NCBI RefSeq assembly: GCF_900232105.1
Contig: NZ_LT934425.1
Span: 3,480,001-3,512,000 of the forward strand
Origin: Candidatus Kuenenia stuttgartensis
Lineage (GTDB): Bacteria; Planctomycetota; Brocadiia; Brocadiales; Brocadiaceae
Direction: 5' to 3'
DNA: 32,000 bases
The notes below the pieces were generated by a model. That model ran no database searches and was not told the DNA's origin. It saw only the letters and a program-made list of their open reading frames with translations. A program made the position numbers and the translations under genes. The number at the start of each line of letters is the position of its first letter. Positions within the stretch are counted from its first letter, which is position 1. Positions 29,569 through 32,000 of the stretch are shown in pieces.

Positions 29569-32000
29569 ATGAAAAATTTTATTACTAACCATAACACCGC
29601 AAACCTTAAAAAACGCTTAATCGAATTAATCCGGAAAAGCGATGAACTGAAATTCCTGGTGGGCTTTTTCTATTTTTCAGGAATCAGAGAACTTTACGAA
29701 GGGCTGAAGGAAAAGCCCGATGTGAAGCTTAAGATTTTAGTGGGGTTGCAGGTTGACAAGACAAATAATGGTATTTTTGAGTTTGCAGGACAGGACCTCC
29801 AATTATCCGATGAAGAAAGATGCCATAAATTTCTGGAATCAGTAAAAAAATCTATCAATACAGAGGATTTTGATACAGAAGAATTTTACCAACAGGTGCG
29901 GTATTTTATTAAGCTTATCAGTGAAAACAAACTCACCATTCGAAAGACGTACAATCCAAATCATGCCAAGATTTATCTGTTCAAATTAGAAGAAGGGCAG
30001 GTGGGCAGGAAAAATTTATTTATCACCGGCAGTAGCAACCTGACAAAGGCGGGCATTACTACACAGGAAGAGTTTAATGTCGAGATAAGCGATTTTGGTT
30101 TTGATGATGCAGAGGCATATTTCGACAACTTATGGGACGAGGCGGTAAAAATAACCGAAGATGATGTTATTAAAAAGAGATTAATAGACATCATTGAAAA
30201 TGAGACCCTTGTTAAAGACATTACCCCATTTGAAGCCTTTGTTCTGGTCTTAAAAACATACCTTGATTCGTTTGAGCAGAAAGAAGTCAGCCAATCGCTT
30301 GTTAACACATTGGAAGAAAACGGCTACACCCCCTATAAATATCAGTTGGATGCGGTAAAACAAGCCCTTGCAATCATTGAAAATAATAACGGCGTAATCA
30401 TTGCGGATGTTGTCGGTTTGGGCAAGACGGTCATTGCCTGTGCAGTCGCAAGAGAACTGAAAAGGCGCGGCGTTGTTATTTGTCCTCCGGGTCTTGTTGG
30501 GGACAGAAACAAAAACTCCGGCTGGAGAAAATATACGGAAGATTTTGGCCTTTACGATTGGGAAGTACGGTCGTTGGGCGATTTGGAAAATATTGCAGAT
30601 TTTGTAAGCAGGGCAAAAGATATTGATGTGGTGATCGTGGATGAAGCCCATCGTTTCAGAAACCAGGATACACAGGATTACGAGTATCTGAAAAACATCT
30701 GCCGCAATAAGATTGTTATTTTACTCACCGCTACACCCTTTAATAACAGGCCGGGTGATATTTTGTCCTTGCTAAAGCTATTCATAACACCAAAGAAATC
30801 GTCAATAACATTGGAAAATAACCTTGTCGGTAAATTCGCTGAGTTCAAAGGCGTTTTCGACAGGCTTGCTTACATCAAAAAATACCGGATCTCGTCAAAT
30901 GAAGCTAAAAGAAAAAAAACAGAAAATTATTATACAGCGCTTTTTGGCGAATTGCCGGTCAATTTAACAAAAATAAAAAAACGTTCGCACTATCTTGCAA
31001 GACAAATCAGGGATGTAATAGAACCCGTTACCATCCGCCGTAATCGCCTTGATCTGCAGAAAAACCCTTATTACAAAGATGAGGTCAAAAATCTGTCCAT
31101 AATCGAAGACCCGAAAGAATGGTTTTTTGAATTGACCAAAGAACAGTCGGCATTTTACGACCGGATCATTCGTGATTATTTCGGCGACCCGGACGAGGGT
31201 GGGCGATTCAATGGCGCAATCTATCGCCCCTTTGAATACAAAACCCAACTTGATAAAATCGTCGGGGAGAAATTAACGGAAAAGGAAAATTTTCAATATA
31301 TCCAGCAGCGCAACTTGTACGACTTTATGCGGCGCTTGCTGGTGAAACGCTTTGAAAGTTCGTTTGGGTCTTTCAGACAGAGTATTGAGAATTTCAGGAA
31401 GATTACAGAGAATATCTCAAGGTTTATTGAGAAAACAAACAGGTATATCCTTGACCGTACTCTTTTTGAGAAAATATATGACCTTGATATGGAACAAATC
31501 GAGGAGTATTTAAAGGATTACTCTGAGCGGATAAGAAAGGGAGATTATCCCAAAAATCATGAAGTTTACGAGGTCAGTAAATTTACATATAAAGACGACT
31601 TCCTTGCCCACATAAAAGCCGATTTAGTCCTCTTTGACAGTATTCTGCAGGAATTATCAGGATTAAATTTGGTGGATAACGATCCAAAAGCAAATTGCCT
31701 GTTGAAGAACATCAATGACGTTTTAAATAAAAGACCAAACAAAGGCGAACCAAGACGAAAGGTAATCATCTTTTCCGAATATCTGGATACTGTGAAATAT
31801 CTTGAGCCTATACTTGAAAAACACTTTGGGGAAAGACTTTTAGTAGTGGCGGGGGATTTGTCGGCGCACAAAATATCCCTGATCAATAAAAACTTTGACG
31901 CCTCTTATTCTACATTAATAAAGGGGGATGAAGGGGGTTGTCCTGATCAGGAAGAGGCATACGACATTCTGCTTGCTACAGACAGGATTTCCGAGGGCTT
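29569..32000 (+). CDS. PLD-like nuclease domain fused to SNF2/DEAD-type helicase, 3' end outside window (not in the supplied ORF track)
   Basis: Frame open to the window edge: MKNFITNHNTANLKKRLIELIRKSDELKFLVGFFYFSG, HAKIYLF..FITGSSNLTKAG, YKYQLDAVKQAL, ADVVGLGKTVIA, VIVDEAHRFRN, LLTATPFNN, KVIIFSEYLDTVKYLEP, YDILLATDRISEG. Confidence 0.93.
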   Translation, partial: MKNFITNHNTANLKKRLIELIRKSDELKFLVGFFYFSGIRELYEGLKEKPDVKLKILVGLQVDKTNNGIFEFAGQDLQLSDEERCHKFLESVKKSINTEDFDTEEFYQQVRYFIKLISENKLTIRKTYNPNHAKIYLFKLEEGQVGRKNLFITGSSNLTKAGITTQEEFNVEISDFGFDDAEAYFDNLWDEAVKITEDDVIKKRLIDIIENETLVKDITPFEAFVLVLKTYLDSFEQKEVSQSLVNTLEENGYTPYKYQLDAVKQALAIIENNNGVIIADVVGLGKTVIACAVARELKRRGVVICPPGLVGDRNKNSGWRKYTEDFGLYDWEVRSLGDLENIADFVSRAKDIDVVIVDEAHRFRNQDTQDYEYLKNICRNKIVILLTATPFNNRPGDILSLLKLFITPKKSSITLENNLVGKFAEFKGVFDRLAYIKKYRISSNEAKRKKTENYYTALFGELPVNLTKIKKRSHYLARQIRDVIEPVTIRRNRLDLQKNPYYKDEVKNLSIIEDPKEWFFELTKEQSAFYDRIIRDYFGDPDEGGRFNGAIYRPFEYKTQLDKIVGEKLTEKENFQYIQQRNLYDFMRRLLVKRFESSFGSFRQSIENFRKITENISRFIEKTNRYILDRTLFEKIYDLDMEQIEEYLKDYSERIRKGDYPKNHEVYEVSKFTYKDDFLAHIKADLVLFDSILQELSGLNLVDNDPKANCLLKNINDVLNKRPNKGEPRRKVIIFSEYLDTVKYLEPILEKHFGERLLVVAGDLSAHKISLINKNFDASYSTLIKGDEGGCPDQEEAYDILLATDRISEG

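Noticed and set aside
1-32000. CRISPR array, tRNA, rRNA
   Set aside because: No regularly spaced direct repeats with unique spacers and no recognisable tRNA cloverleaf or rRNA segments were seen by eye; a tRNAscan-SE/Infernal run would be needed to exclude small RNAs.

Overview
32 kb window that looks like a chromosomal segment of a moderately AT-rich bacterium. Gene content and repeat style suggest an anammox planctomycete (Brocadiales), but this is inference only. The core genes are an M28 peptidase (5' truncated by the window), glgC, a class I glutamine amidotransferase, guaB, a CCA-adding enzyme/poly(A) polymerase, a PilZ protein, a four-gene ABC/NosL-like operon, an M48 peptidase, cinA, uvrC, murQ, pgpA, and a 3'-truncated PLD-SNF2 helicase at the right edge that the ORF track omits. 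The accessory stretch at about 5.8-15.7 kb contains: two attC-like integron sites bounding an antitoxin/ParE-like toxin cassette, with an acyltransferase ORF ending inside the first site; two decayed REP-associated tyrosine transposase (RAYT) relics; a higBA-type module; a GNAT gene; a complete 1859-bp IS1380-like element with a target duplication; and a copper P-type ATPase behind a MerR-style promoter with a 19-bp spacer. A 348-bp duplicated 5' end of the CCA-adding enzyme gene flanks the last three. Several intergenic regions carry what looks like one family of MITE-like elements: shared terminal inverted repeats around unrelated short palindromes. The most interesting signals are the integrase-less cassette remnant, the MITE-like family, the twin 148-bp repeats ahead of acyl/acetyltransferase genes, and the NosL/ABC operon. 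I found no clearly novel defence system. No rRNA, tRNA or CRISPR array was recognised.
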